In this document: in pieces, positions 33,528-43,302 of the stretch
How positions within the stretch are numbered: the stretch's first letter is position 1
Layout: each line of letters opens with the position of its first letter
Virus record (IMG/VR): IMGVR_UViG_3300020581_000002
Coordinates: 3,247 to 67,246 of that record
DNA from: a virus
Direction: 5' to 3' (one strand)
DNA length: 64,000 nucleotides
Translations under genes and position numbers: made by a program
The notes under the pieces: generated by a model
What the model was told of the DNA's origin: nothing
What the model saw: only the letters and a program-made list of their open reading frames with translations
Database searches by the model: none

Positions 33528-35127
33528 CGCCGCACGCAAACTTTTAATTTACGAGCGCCCCTCCCCGCTCGTCTCGCAGCACGTGCCCGAGGCCGTACAG
33601 GTCAACGGTCAATACGTCGCGGTGCCGCAGACGCTGCGCAACAGCCAGGTGCTGCGGTGGCTAGGGTATCCCGTGGCGCCAATCATGACCAACTACGATT
33701 GGCCGATCGGACCCGGCAAGGTGCCGGGAGCGCATCAGAAGCTCATGGCTAATTTCCAGCTCGTTCATCCCAAGTGCTTCAACCTCTCAGATCCCGGTAC
33801 GCAGAAAACGCTTCCCGCCCTGTGGGCCGCCGACTGGCTTATGAACCAGTTCCCGCCAGGCGAGTGCCGCTGCCTCATCGTGGGCCCGCTCAATGTGATC
33901 GAGACAGTGTGGGTAGACGAGATATGGTCGAACCTGCTTGGGCGGCGCACTTTCGAGGTGCTCTATGGCGACGAGCAGAAGCGACTGCGCCTCTTGGCGA
34001 AGAAACCAGACTTCGCGATCGTGAACATCGACGGCGTGGGGGTGGGGGCGCACACCTACCGCAGCGACCGCAAAATGCGCACCTCGGTACGGCTCGACGG
34101 CTTTTCGAAGGCACTAGCCGAGGACAAGAGCATAAAAATAATAATTGTGGACGAGGCCGACGGCTACGTCGATTCGCGCACAAAGCGTCATCACATCGCG
34201 CGCGAAATCTTCGGCTCGCGTCCCTATCTATGGATGATGACGGGTACACCCACGTCGCAACGCCCCAACGAGGCGTACGGAATAGCGAAGCTGGTTAACA
34301 ACGCCTTTGGCAAGTCGTACACCGGTTTTCGTGATGAAACCATGACCAAGATCGATCAGTTCAAGTGGGTCCCGAGGAAGGACGGTTACGAAAAGGCATT
34401 TCAGATTTTAACCCCCGCCGTGCGCTTCACGCTTGAGGAGATATGGCAGGACCGGCCTGCACTAAGTACAATTTTGCATGAGGTGGCGCTAACCGAGGAG
34501 CAGAAAAAAGCGGCGAGCGACCTCAAACGCACGCTTTTAATTCAACTGCAAGGCGGCAAGAAGCTGACGGTCGCTAACGAAGCGGTCGCGAGAGCGAAGC
34601 TCTTGCAGATTGTGCTCGGCGCCGTATACGATGACTTGCACAAAGTACATAAAATCGACGCCGAGCCGCGTTACCAGATGATTGAGGAGATAGTTGCGAA
34701 CGCAAAACACAAGGTTCTCATCTTTTGTCCCTTGACAAGCGTAGTCAACCTGCTGCATTATAGACTACAGAAGCGGTGGCGATGCGGGATCATCAATGGC
34801 CACGTGGCACCAAACGAGAGAATGGCGGTAATCAGGGCTTACCGCGACGAAGCGGACTTCAAAGTCATGGTGGTGGATGCGCAGAGCGTCAGCCACGGCA
34901 TTAATCAGTTCACGGTCGCGGACACGGTGGTATGGATGGTCCCGATCGACAAAACGCGGCTCTACATCCAAGGTAATAGAAGGGTTTACCGGCCGGGACA
35001 GAAGAACGACGTGACGGTGCATCGAATTACGGCGACGCCGCTGGAGAAGGAGATGTACCGGCGATTGGACACCAACACGAGCATGCAGGGCGCGCTCTTA
35101 AGCTGGATTAGGAGGGGAGAGATATGA
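33511..35127 (+). CDS. SNF2-family helicase
   Basis: LSDPGTQKT, VDEAD, MTGTP, HGIN...A, QGNRRVYRPGQK. Confidence 0.88.
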   Translation: MQFYHDAARKLLIYERPSPLVSQHVPEAVQVNGQYVAVPQTLRNSQVLRWLGYPVAPIMTNYDWPIGPGKVPGAHQKLMANFQLVHPKCFNLSDPGTQKTLPALWAADWLMNQFPPGECRCLIVGPLNVIETVWVDEIWSNLLGRRTFEVLYGDEQKRLRLLAKKPDFAIVNIDGVGVGAHTYRSDRKMRTSVRLDGFSKALAEDKSIKIIIVDEADGYVDSRTKRHHIAREIFGSRPYLWMMTGTPTSQRPNEAYGIAKLVNNAFGKSYTGFRDETMTKIDQFKWVPRKDGYEKAFQILTPAVRFTLEEIWQDRPALSTILHEVALTEEQKKAASDLKRTLLIQLQGGKKLTVANEAVARAKLLQIVLGAVYDDLHKVHKIDAEPRYQMIEEIVANAKHKVLIFCPLTSVVNLLHYRLQKRWRCGIINGHVAPNERMAVIRAYRDEADFKVMVVDAQSVSHGINQFTVADTVVWMVPIDKTRLYIQGNRRVYRPGQKNDVTVHRITATPLEKEMYRRLDTNTSMQGALLSWIRRGEI

Positions 35128-35258
35128 ACTGGCTGGCAGTTTTTGCGATCGGTCTATTTTTTGGCATTATTGCCGGCAGCAAAAATGGCCCTATTTTTCC
35201 ATGGGCATTACTAGCCGCGATAGTCGCAGGAACATTAGCCGCATTGGAGGTAATTTAA
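35124..35258 (+). CDS. 44-aa hydrophobic peptide
   Basis: MNWLAVFAIGLFFGIIAG...PWALLAAIVAGTLAALEVI; GGAG RBS. Confidence 0.5.
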   Translation: MNWLAVFAIGLFFGIIAGSKNGPIFPWALLAAIVAGTLAALEVI

Positions 35259-35726
35259 TTGAGCACCCAGTCCCTTCTCCATGTCGATGTTTCCGCTCTT
35301 GTCCAAGAGTGGAATCAGATCAAGGCGCATCTCGCCGAGCAGTCCAAAGCGTTTGCCGAGTTCTGTAAGCCTTATCGTGAGCGCCAAGACGCGATCGAGA
35401 ACGCAATTCACAAGTTTCTCAATGAAACCAACCAGCAAAGCGCGCGCACCGAGCACGGGACGGCCTACAAGTCGGTCAGCACGACGCCCAAAATCGAGGA
35501 CCGCAACGCCTACCTCGACTTTTGCCTTGACTCGTGGGACGAGGGCGGCAACGAGATGTTGCAACTAGGTGCCCCGCAGATCGACGCGTTCAAAAAATAC
35601 ATGGAGATGCGCGAAAAACAGCTTGAGGAAATGAAACAGAGGGGAGCGTTATCCAACGACTTGAGTGTCACGCCTCCCGGCACGTCGGTGTCATTCTTCG
35701 AGAAGGTCAACATAAGGAAATCGTGA
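35259..35726 (+). CDS. Hypothetical replication-module protein
   Basis: N-terminal coiled coil, SARTEHGTAYK, ends VNIRKS. Confidence 0.75.
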   Translation: MSTQSLLHVDVSALVQEWNQIKAHLAEQSKAFAEFCKPYRERQDAIENAIHKFLNETNQQSARTEHGTAYKSVSTTPKIEDRNAYLDFCLDSWDEGGNEMLQLGAPQIDAFKKYMEMREKQLEEMKQRGALSNDLSVTPPGTSVSFFEKVNIRKS

Positions 35727-35959
35727 TGAGCGCTATGAACATTAATGCGCTGGTGGATTCGCTCAAAAATAATGTCAACCTTGTTGGCGCCGACTTGCCT
35801 GCTAGTGAACGCCTGAACGCGCAATCACTGGCAGTTGTCGGGTTGGAGCTGCTGCGCCAGTTCCTTTTCGACGTGAACCGCTGCGCCGACGCACTGGAGG
35901 TGCTCGCAGACGCTTATAGAACATCCGTCGAGCACAACGAGAAAACCAAACATCGCTGA
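35723..35959 (+). CDS. Hypothetical protein
   Basis: 78 aa, AAGGA RBS. Confidence 0.6.
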   Translation: MMSAMNINALVDSLKNNVNLVGADLPASERLNAQSLAVVGLELLRQFLFDVNRCADALEVLADAYRTSVEHNEKTKHR

Positions 35960-35985
35960 CTGGTATTAAAGGAGAGTAAGAGCAA

Positions 35986-37116
35986 ATGGTCGATCACAAT
36001 CAACTGCCGGATTACATTCGCAACAAGCAGGGCAGTGCCCCCTCGCTCGCTTACAAAGCAATCGGGAACGTCGGCGCAGGCGCCGGGCCCTACCTGTCTA
36101 TCTTGGGCGACCGGTTCACCCTCGTGGACATTGCGGGCAACGAGCAGCCCATCCAGACGCTTTACATCGATGTCGTGATCGTAGATGTGAACGACCACAT
36201 GTCAAAGATGTACTACGAGACCAAGTACGACCCGAAAAATCCGACGCCGCCGGCTTGCTTCTCGGACAATGGAATTGCGCCCTCGACCGCGGCGGGCTGG
36301 CCGCAGTCGCCGACTTGCGCGTCGTGTCCTCAAAATGTGTGGGGCAGCAAGATCAGCGAGATGGGATCGAAGGTGAAGGCGTGCCGCGACGAACAAAAGA
36401 CCGCGATCGTCATTCCCGGCATGCCCAACAGCATGTTCCGGCTGACCATCCCGCCCAACTCTCTAAAAAACTGGCGGGCCTATGTCGCCAAGTTCCTCAA
36501 CGCCGGTTTCGACATGAGCGATGTCGTGACCAGGTTGTCGTTCGAGGGCGGCGGCGAGCGTGGCACCCTCGCATTTGCCCCGTCGCCGCAGGCATGGCTC
36601 GATGCCGCGACCCTCGCGGTACGCGACCAGGCCATCAAGACCAAGGCATCCGACATCATCGTGGGCCGCCTCGACCGGCCGCGACAGGCTGCGATTGCGC
36701 CTCCTGTTGGCATTCAAATGGGGGATCAATACGCGCCACTTCCTGTGCATCCTTTCCCTGCGGCCACTGCGGCGCCGCCGGCGGCGATCCCCTCCGCCGC
36801 GCCCCCCGCGCAGCATTGGGGCGCCCCTACCCCGCAGGCCACCCCTACAATGCCCGGACCGGCTGTTGCGCCTATTGCATCCCCCTCTGACCCGCCCGCG
36901 CGCCGCCGGCGCCGAACGAAGCAGGAGATGCAAGAAGCCAATGCGCAACAGCAACCCGCCGCGACCCCGGCAGCGGCGCCTCCCGCGCCGGGCCCCGGTC
37001 CGGTGCTGGCGCCGTTCCGCCCAGCTGCCAACTCCGGTCCGGCGTTCGGCATGCAGGAGGCGCCACCCCCGAACGCCGAGCTGCAAGCAAGTATCAACTC
37101 TATTTTTAGCTCCTAG
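35986..37116 (+). CDS. Putative ssDNA-binding/annealing protein with Pro/Ala-rich tail
   Basis: PACFS.NG...CASCPQNVWGS...KAC core; position in the replication block; function inferred. Confidence 0.6.
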   Translation: MVDHNQLPDYIRNKQGSAPSLAYKAIGNVGAGAGPYLSILGDRFTLVDIAGNEQPIQTLYIDVVIVDVNDHMSKMYYETKYDPKNPTPPACFSDNGIAPSTAAGWPQSPTCASCPQNVWGSKISEMGSKVKACRDEQKTAIVIPGMPNSMFRLTIPPNSLKNWRAYVAKFLNAGFDMSDVVTRLSFEGGGERGTLAFAPSPQAWLDAATLAVRDQAIKTKASDIIVGRLDRPRQAAIAPPVGIQMGDQYAPLPVHPFPAATAAPPAAIPSAAPPAQHWGAPTPQATPTMPGPAVAPIASPSDPPARRRRRTKQEMQEANAQQQPAATPAAAPPAPGPGPVLAPFRPAANSGPAFGMQEAPPPNAELQASINSIFSS

Positions 37117-37125
37117 GAGAAGCGC

Positions 37126-37365
37126 ATGATTGCTCGAGCATTGGCAATTTTCACGGTGCTCGCGCTTTCGACGTGCGCGGCGGCGGCGCAGCACCGGCAC
37201 CACGTTCACCATCGCGCGATTCCCGCCGACGCATTCGCGCAAGCTAAACCTGGTGCTGTGCCTATTCTTGTCAAGCCTGAGGTCGAGAGTATCCCACTAC
37301 CGCGCCAGCGTCCCTTTGATCTGATTTGGTACGACCGTGTCACATCCGTCATTGGAGGAAGATAA
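37126..37365 (+). CDS. Small exported protein
   Basis: MIARALAIFTVLALSTCAAAA signal, then HRHHVHH. Confidence 0.6.
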   Translation: MIARALAIFTVLALSTCAAAAQHRHHVHHRAIPADAFAQAKPGAVPILVKPEVESIPLPRQRPFDLIWYDRVTSVIGGR

Positions 37366-37791
37366 ATGACCAGAGCAAATGGAGCGCCCGAGTTCCTGCG
37401 CCGTAACGCCGCGACCGACCTCGGCAAACCGGATTACGCCGTGGACCTCGACGAGCCAAGGGCCGAGCCGCAGCTCGGGCCAGATGACTATGGCGGAGCA
37501 GGTCGCCGAAACGCTAGACAGCGCAGCGCTGACGCGGTCAATTTGTCCCGTTTACAAGAAGCGATCGGCGACGTGGCGGCCAGCAACGTCAGGGCGGCAA
37601 AGACCTGGGAGGACAAGGTGCCCCTCGACGACATCGCCGAACGAATGTCACGGCTGACATATGGCGAACTGGTCGAGTTCGCCGAGGGACTCGTCAAGGT
37701 CCAGGACTACAAGGCGACTGACGATCCGTCCCTATTAGCTTCTTTTTTGTGGAAGTGGTGCGTTAATATCCAACAAGAGGTGAAAAAATGA
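37366..37791 (+). CDS. Hypothetical protein
   Basis: GGAGG RBS; 141 aa. Confidence 0.65.
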   Translation: MTRANGAPEFLRRNAATDLGKPDYAVDLDEPRAEPQLGPDDYGGAGRRNARQRSADAVNLSRLQEAIGDVAASNVRAAKTWEDKVPLDDIAERMSRLTYGELVEFAEGLVKVQDYKATDDPSLLASFLWKWCVNIQQEVKK

Positions 37792-37815
37792 GACCAGTCT
37801 TTTTCGTTTATATCT

Positions 37816-38502
37816 TCAATGGTGCAGCATAATGGCGACGGCTCCGATGGCACCGATGATTGTCACTGCAGCCACGACAATGGCGATGAGCAATGAGCTG
37901 GATGATAGTGTTTCCGTTCTGTGTATCGTTGCACCCTGCAACCTGGATTCAAGAGCTGTAATCCGATCTTTCTGATCGTTGACCAGCTCTTTCAACGCAA
38001 TGTTTTTCTCATCTGAACTCTTGCTGACGGTGTCAATGCGCTTGCCCTGCTCCGTGATCTGATCTTTGAATCCTGTTTCGGTCTTATTGATCGCTTTATC
38101 GGCTGAGGCGAACGCTGCGTCGATAGCCTTGGTCGCGTCACCTCTCGATGTTTCCGATCTAGTATCCCGCTCGGCAAACTGAATCTTGATGTTGTCAAAG
38201 CGCTGGTCGTAGACCTTGAATTTCTCGTCTACGTTAAGCGACTGTTGCTTGATGCTATAAAGCAAATTGGCAGGGAATCGATCCACTGTTTTTTCAAGAT
38301 GATCAATCCGAACGTTCATATATTCGCGGTCCCCCTTCAGCTGCCGTTCGACGATTTCACGAGTAAAGTTGACGAGAATTTCCGCCAGCTCGCGAGAACC
38401 TGTGATCTCGCGCAAGAGCGCAGTCGTCGTCAGAACGGTCGGATCGGGGTTAGGCGTCGAAAGTTCCCGCGACTTGGTCTCAGAGTCAGAACGATCAGCC
38501 AT
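37816..38502 (-). CDS. Coiled-coil protein with C-terminal TM helix (lysis region)
   Basis: Ends LLIAIVVAAVTIIGAIGAVAIML. Confidence 0.7.
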   Translation of the reverse strand: MADRSDSETKSRELSTPNPDPTVLTTTALLREITGSRELAEILVNFTREIVERQLKGDREYMNVRIDHLEKTVDRFPANLLYSIKQQSLNVDEKFKVYDQRFDNIKIQFAERDTRSETSRGDATKAIDAAFASADKAINKTETGFKDQITEQGKRIDTVSKSSDEKNIALKELVNDQKDRITALESRLQGATIHRTETLSSSSLLIAIVVAAVTIIGAIGAVAIMLHH

Positions 38503-38590
38503 GAAGTCACCCTTGCGCTTGAGCTACGCAAGTCGCACGTCCTTGCTCCTTGACGGTACCATTTAGCTACCGTCTAGCAAAGATGCTATT

Positions 38591-38809
38591 TCAACGCGGC
38601 GGAAACAACGTGATGTTGCCAAGCACCGGCCACAATAGCCTGACGAGGATCAGGATCGCGACCAATATGAAAATGACACCGAGGATCGTGAGCACCATGT
38701 GCGGCAAAGCAAAGCCAAGCGCACCGAGCACCCAGATAATCAGATAGTAGCAAAGCGCGACGACGCAGAGATAGATCAGCGCGCGGATGACGGCTTCGAA
38801 CAGTCCCAT
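38591..38809 (-). CDS. Two-TM membrane protein (holin candidate)
   Basis: MGLFEAVIRALIYLCVVALCYYLIIWVL...ILGVIFILVAILILVRLL. Confidence 0.65.
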   Translation of the reverse strand: MGLFEAVIRALIYLCVVALCYYLIIWVLGALGFALPHMVLTILGVIFILVAILILVRLLWPVLGNITLFPPR

Positions 38810-38820
38810 GGCTTTTCCCT

Positions 38821-38913
38821 TCAGGACAGAGCCCAGATCGCGAACGCTAGCACGAAAGCGCCAAGCAATACCATCATAGCGATTATCGCGAGGACCATCC
38901 ACTCGCCTCTCAT
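38821..38913 (-). CDS. 30-aa TM peptide
   Basis: MRGEWMVLAIIAMMVLLGAFVLAFAIWALS; ATGA coupling. Confidence 0.45.
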   Translation of the reverse strand: MRGEWMVLAIIAMMVLLGAFVLAFAIWALS

Positions 38914-39104
38914 GGCTTTTGCCCCTTGGTCGCGTTCCGCCTCGGCGGACGGTGGTTTGCCCCGCCGGCGGTCGCTTCCAACGGGATAAATCGCCGCCCC
39001 AGGTCGCGGATGCCGTCGCGAATCAGCGGCCAGTGCTCGGACACATTATCCGGCCTGATCTCATCCAGAGTTCGAAGCAAATCCTCAAACGTCCGCCGCG
39101 GCAT
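38910..39104 (-). CDS. Hypothetical protein
   Basis: 64 aa ORF in the operon. Confidence 0.5.
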   Translation of the reverse strand: MPRRTFEDLLRTLDEIRPDNVSEHWPLIRDGIRDLGRRFIPLEATAGGANHRPPRRNATKGQKP

Positions 39105-39112
39105 AGCCTAAC

Positions 39113-39325
39113 TCAATGTACAATGGTAACGGGCCAGTAGAAATGACCCAGCAAGATGCCGAGGAACAGGCCAAACAATCCAATACTTAGTGGCCACTTG
39201 CTCCCGACGTGGGCCATCGTCTCGGATAACGTCCACTGGCGATCCTGATGATTAATTGCGTACCGTTCGAAAACGGCAAACAAGCCGACCGCGACTGCCA
39301 GCCAAACGATCCACAGCCATGCCAC
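39113..39325 (-). CDS. Two-TM membrane protein
   Basis: WLWIVWLAVAVGLFAVFE..A...WTLS...GILLGHF. Confidence 0.7.
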   Translation of the reverse strand: MAWLWIVWLAVAVGLFAVFERYAINHQDRQWTLSETMAHVGSKWPLSIGLFGLFLGILLGHFYWPVTIVH

Positions 39326-39337
39326 AGGAAATAGGTC

Positions 39338-39661
39338 CTAGCCAAGCGATTTGATCAGCGCCTCGACCTTGGTCCAAGTCTCGTCGCCAACGATGCCGTC
39401 CACCTCAAGTTCGTGCGCCGTCTGAAACGCCCGCACGCGGTCCTCTGTCGCCTGCGAGTAGGCCAGCATCGTCTGCACCTGGGCGACCGCGGCGACGGGG
39501 TCCTGGTGCGCCGCGATCGTCGCCATGATGCGCATGAGGTCGGGCCCGGCGCCAGCCGCGAAGCTCATGGCGGCGTTGAGGCCGCCGAGCCGCTCGACGA
39601 TATCCTCGATCTCGCCGCGGTTCGAGAACAGGACATCGAAGAAAGCGCCAACGCTGGTCAT
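39338..39661 (-). CDS. Peptidoglycan-binding domain protein
   Basis: TEDRVRAFQTAHELEVDGIVGDETW (PG_binding_1 pattern). Confidence 0.85.
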   Translation of the reverse strand: MTSVGAFFDVLFSNRGEIEDIVERLGGLNAAMSFAAGAGPDLMRIMATIAAHQDPVAAVAQVQTMLAYSQATEDRVRAFQTAHELEVDGIVGDETWTKVEALIKSLG

Positions 39662-39664
39662 TTT

Positions 39665-39892
39665 TTAAGAGGGTTGTACTGGCATCGGCACCGGGATCGA
39701 CAATGGCTTAGCGGTTTCTGACAATGCTGGAGCGGCCGTACCTCCGGCAGTGTTGTGATCAAACCAAGCTTGAAAGGCGCTTTCGACCGTATGCGCGGCA
39801 TCGGATGCCATGATTTGCTGGATGGCTTCGACAACCTTCGGGAGCGACGCCGAAGCCTGCATGATGATCTGGAACATCGTAAACGGGTTCAT
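39665..39892 (-). CDS. Hypothetical protein
   Basis: AAAGGA RBS; 75 aa. Confidence 0.6.
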   Translation of the reverse strand: MNPFTMFQIIMQASASLPKVVEAIQQIMASDAAHTVESAFQAWFDHNTAGGTAAPALSETAKPLSIPVPMPVQPS

Positions 39893-39950
39893 TTTTAGGT
39901 CCTTTCATGCGCGGTCCCGCCGCGCGCGGTTTATCTATTTGTAGCCGTCC

Positions 39951-40118
39951 CTATCTTCCAGCGGTGCCGTAGTCTGCACGTCGATCGTTGCTTGGACAAC
40001 GCTTGATCACAGTGACCTCACCAGACCCAAATTGCGCAATTGTTTGTTCGGCCATTTCTCTGATCGACTTCTCGAAAGCCTTGCAAGCCTCTATGTCGCG
40101 TAGGATTTCACAGCTCAT
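39951..40118 (-). CDS. Hypothetical protein (55 aa, MSCEILRDIEAC...)
   Basis: Read manually; AGGAGG RBS. Confidence 0.5.
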   Translation of the reverse strand: MSCEILRDIEACKAFEKSIREMAEQTIAQFGSGEVTVIKRCPSNDRRADYGTAGR

Positions 40119-40138
40119 TTTTGTCCTCCTGATTAAAG

Positions 40139-41317
40139 CTAGATCACCTTGGGCTCAGTGGAAGCTGGCCACCAGTAGCCAAGCAGCCCCATGGTGGAGC
40201 CGGATATCGGGATGGATTCGATCATCACTTGATCATTTTCATTGCCCCCCAGGACATTGATGCGCCCAGTCGCAGCATCGCCGACATAGAAACCGACGTG
40301 GCCTTCAGTGCCAGATTGCGATCCGCGCCAAAACACGGCGAGACAGCCCAGCCGCGGCGTGTCGATCTTGGTAAAGGCTGGAGAGGTCGTAAAGCTGCGC
40401 GCCATTGCGTTAATGCCTGTGAGCGTGATGCCGGCCTTGCGCAACATCGCCCCGGCAAAGATCGCGCACCACGGCTCGCCATCAGCCCCGTAGCCGGCGA
40501 GATCCACGTATTTCTGAATGCCGTGGTTGTCAGGCAGCTCGTGAAAGCCGATCTCTGCGCGCGCGAGGGTGAGCCATGAAGGTTCGCCTGCCACGCCGGC
40601 AGGGACCGTCGCAGCGGGTGCGCTCAAGCCCTCGAATGCCCAATCAACCTTGCCCTTGCCGTCGATGCCTACGGCACGCGCGGCTGTGGGCGTCAGGTCG
40701 ATGCCGGCCAGGTTGGTGTGACGGCCACCCATGTCGGTGCCGGTCTCGGCTTGGGGCCGTCCGCCGGTCTGCCAATAGGGATCGTGCGTGTTCCAAGGGC
40801 CGACATCGACGATATCGCAGACAGCATCGCCCTTCGGCCCCCACACATGGACCCGCGGCCGCGTGCCTGGGAAACGATAGGGCAGGGCGACACCCATCTC
40901 GGTGTCGTTGATGATGTGGTTGTCGTAGGCGCTGGTATTGGGGTCGGAGGCGCCACCGAATTCCGTGGCCGTGATGCCGGTCTGGCGCGTCGTGGCTGGT
41001 TCAGGGATAGGTTTCGGTGTTGGGAACGGCTGCGGAACGCTCACCGGCGGACTCGGCGCAGGCACGACAGGAACTTGCGGGAGCTGTCCGGCGATCAGTG
41101 CGTCCTTTGCACGACTCCCTGCGCTCGATCCAAGCTCATAGCCCAGCGCCCAGCAGAACCCGGCTGTCAGAACGCCGAACACGCCCCCGGTCAGCGTCAG
41201 GGCTACGTCGCCGGAAACGTCAGGCTTGATCCAACCAGTGAGCAGCAGGTAGCCGAAAACCAGATAGCCAAAGATAACAAGGAATGAAACGATCGCTGTG
41301 CGGGTCCGGTCGCTCAT
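40139..41317 (-). CDS. Endolysin: two N-terminal TM helices + DPBB-like domain + TIGR02594/CHAP-like peptidase
   Basis: TM helices ending ALGYELGSSAGS; VDVGPWNT...GIDLTP; PWCAIF...GHVGF...VLGGN.NDQV. Confidence 0.8.
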   Translation of the reverse strand: MSDRTRTAIVSFLVIFGYLVFGYLLLTGWIKPDVSGDVALTLTGGVFGVLTAGFCWALGYELGSSAGSRAKDALIAGQLPQVPVVPAPSPPVSVPQPFPTPKPIPEPATTRQTGITATEFGGASDPNTSAYDNHIINDTEMGVALPYRFPGTRPRVHVWGPKGDAVCDIVDVGPWNTHDPYWQTGGRPQAETGTDMGGRHTNLAGIDLTPTAARAVGIDGKGKVDWAFEGLSAPAATVPAGVAGEPSWLTLARAEIGFHELPDNHGIQKYVDLAGYGADGEPWCAIFAGAMLRKAGITLTGINAMARSFTTSPAFTKIDTPRLGCLAVFWRGSQSGTEGHVGFYVGDAATGRINVLGGNENDQVMIESIPISGSTMGLLGYWWPASTEPKVI

Positions 41318-41323
41318 TCCTTT

Positions 41324-42715
41324 TTATGCTCCTATGCAAATCCAGGACGCTGTCGTCGCTGCCGCGCTCACGAACCCTATAGTCAAGGTAGTCGCAGTTA
41401 CAGTCATGTTGGTGGTTACGGGAGCAGCAACAGTGCAAAACGGTATGTTTGCAAACGCGGTGCCAAAATTGAACGAGCAAGTGCTGGCATTGCTGGTAAA
41501 TGTCGCGCGTCCAGCAAAATCAGTCGCTCCTGTTCCAAGCGCGAATCCCGCGCAGGTGTTTACGACGGGCACGCTTGTGGAGACGCTAGAGAGATGTCCA
41601 TTATTGTCAAACACGAGCGATTGGTTGTTAAGACCGGCAGCGTTGCTTGTGCTAATTTGCACTTTGGTCGGGACGTTGCTCCCGCTCGGCGCCGCGGAGA
41701 CGCTCGCCTGTATCTGTGCCGCATTGCGCTGAGCGGCGTTCGAGAAGCCGCTGAAATTGACGATGCCGAGCACATCGCTGTTGAGAACCGCGCCGCCGCT
41801 ACGGGATTTTTGAAGATTGTAGGAAGCAGCTGACGCATCGGAAGTCGTATTCTGGTTGACGTGCGCTGGAGTGGCAGTCACGCTTGAGGCGCACGAGACC
41901 GTGTTGTTCGCGTCGATCGTGCAACCGCTCACGGTTGGGGCGCCACCAGCGCCTCCGCCCAACATGACTGCGTTTGCGGTAAGCGCGCCCGACGATGCTA
42001 GCGTGTTAGCGGAGTTGAAATAGGGAACGCCCCCGCTGGTGCCACCCGTGAGTCCTGTACCGCCGAAACCAACGGCAATGGCGGTTCCTTGCCATACGCC
42101 GGTCCCGATCGTCCCAACGGTCGTGATGTTTCCCTGCACCGCCGCGGGGAGCGTGGACGAGATCGACGGCACGCCTCCGGCCGACGTAACGAGCGCGCCA
42201 TTGTTGGCAGTCGCGAGTCCCGACACCACTGCGCCGCTCGCGGCGTACCACGCAAGCTGGTTAATCGTACCGATGTTGACGCCATTGGTGTTGCCACAGT
42301 CCTTGAGGTCCCCGGTAGTGTCTGAGAAGCACGCGAAGTCGTTGATGGTGACAGGGAGGCCGGTAGTGATAGGCAATCCCTGCGTCACACCATTGAGAGT
42401 CCAGGTGAAACCGCCGGTCGCGCCGCCGAAATTATCAAGCGCGAAACCGCCGCCGGTTCCGGTGACGTTGAAACAGAGGCGGTTGTAGGGACCCGAAAAG
42501 AACCCGCTGAACTGGCATATGCCGAAGCCGCTCGCGGTCGCGTTGAGGCTCGTTGGATTGGCGCCCGCGGGATCGGGCCCGCCATCACCGATGACACCCG
42601 TTGTGATCCACTTGGTGACGTGACCCGGCGTGACGTTGCCACTCTGCCGAACTTGCTGCGCGCTCGCGGGGAGAGAGGCGAGGAGAGCGGCTAGAATCGC
42701 AAGGATTTTTTTCAT
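41324..42715 (-). CDS. Tail-fibre-like protein with signal peptide
   Basis: MKKILAILAALLASLPASA|QQ; GTIGTGVWQGTAIAVGFGGTG fibre motif. Confidence 0.75.
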   Translation of the reverse strand: MKKILAILAALLASLPASAQQVRQSGNVTPGHVTKWITTGVIGDGGPDPAGANPTSLNATASGFGICQFSGFFSGPYNRLCFNVTGTGGGFALDNFGGATGGFTWTLNGVTQGLPITTGLPVTINDFACFSDTTGDLKDCGNTNGVNIGTINQLAWYAASGAVVSGLATANNGALVTSAGGVPSISSTLPAAVQGNITTVGTIGTGVWQGTAIAVGFGGTGLTGGTSGGVPYFNSANTLASSGALTANAVMLGGGAGGAPTVSGCTIDANNTVSCASSVTATPAHVNQNTTSDASAASYNLQKSRSGGAVLNSDVLGIVNFSGFSNAAQRNAAQIQASVSAAPSGSNVPTKVQISTSNAAGLNNQSLVFDNNGHLSSVSTSVPVVNTCAGFALGTGATDFAGRATFTSNASTCSFNFGTAFANIPFCTVAAPVTTNMTVTATTLTIGFVSAAATTASWICIGA

Positions 42716-42783
42716 GGAAGCCTCTTTTACGCTACCCAAAACTCGTTTACAACTCGCTGGCTAGCAAACAGGAGAACAAGCGC

Positions 42784-43302
42784 ATGCCTTCCACCTTAGA
42801 GGATTTCGTAGACAATTTGGAGAAAAGCCCAAGCTCCGTCGAGATGAACCGCCGCTTCGACGTGTTCGTGGACGCCATGCGCGATGTGCGGCAGCGACTG
42901 GAAAACCTCGAGCTGGCGCACATCAAGAGCGGAGTCCAGGTGGCGGCGCATGAAACGAAGCTCGTTGACAACGGCGCCGTTATCGCAGCACTGGAGCGCG
43001 ATCGGACCGATCTCAAGAAGCGCCAGGACGCCATAGAGAGCAAACCGCTTGCTCACGATGACCGGCTCGACGAGCTGGAAGCGCGAGTGCGCATAACGGA
43101 AGGTGCCATTGGGGCACTTGGCGGCAAGATCGATAAACCGCCGGCAAAAACGGAAGCGCATCCAATCGCTCCTGTCGCCCAGGCGCGACCCGGAAAAGTC
43201 GAAGCGCCTTCAACTGCTCCTGCTCCGGCAAAACCGTGGTTTGGGGCCCAGAGCAAAGAGCATGAGACCCCGCCCCCGATGGGTGCTCCGGTACCAGCTT
43301 AA
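42784..43302 (+). CDS. Coiled-coil protein opposite to the tail operon
   Basis: AGGAG RBS; 172 aa with Pro/Ala tail. Confidence 0.7.
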   Translation: MPSTLEDFVDNLEKSPSSVEMNRRFDVFVDAMRDVRQRLENLELAHIKSGVQVAAHETKLVDNGAVIAALERDRTDLKKRQDAIESKPLAHDDRLDELEARVRITEGAIGALGGKIDKPPAKTEAHPIAPVAQARPGKVEAPSTAPAPAKPWFGAQSKEHETPPPMGAPVPA

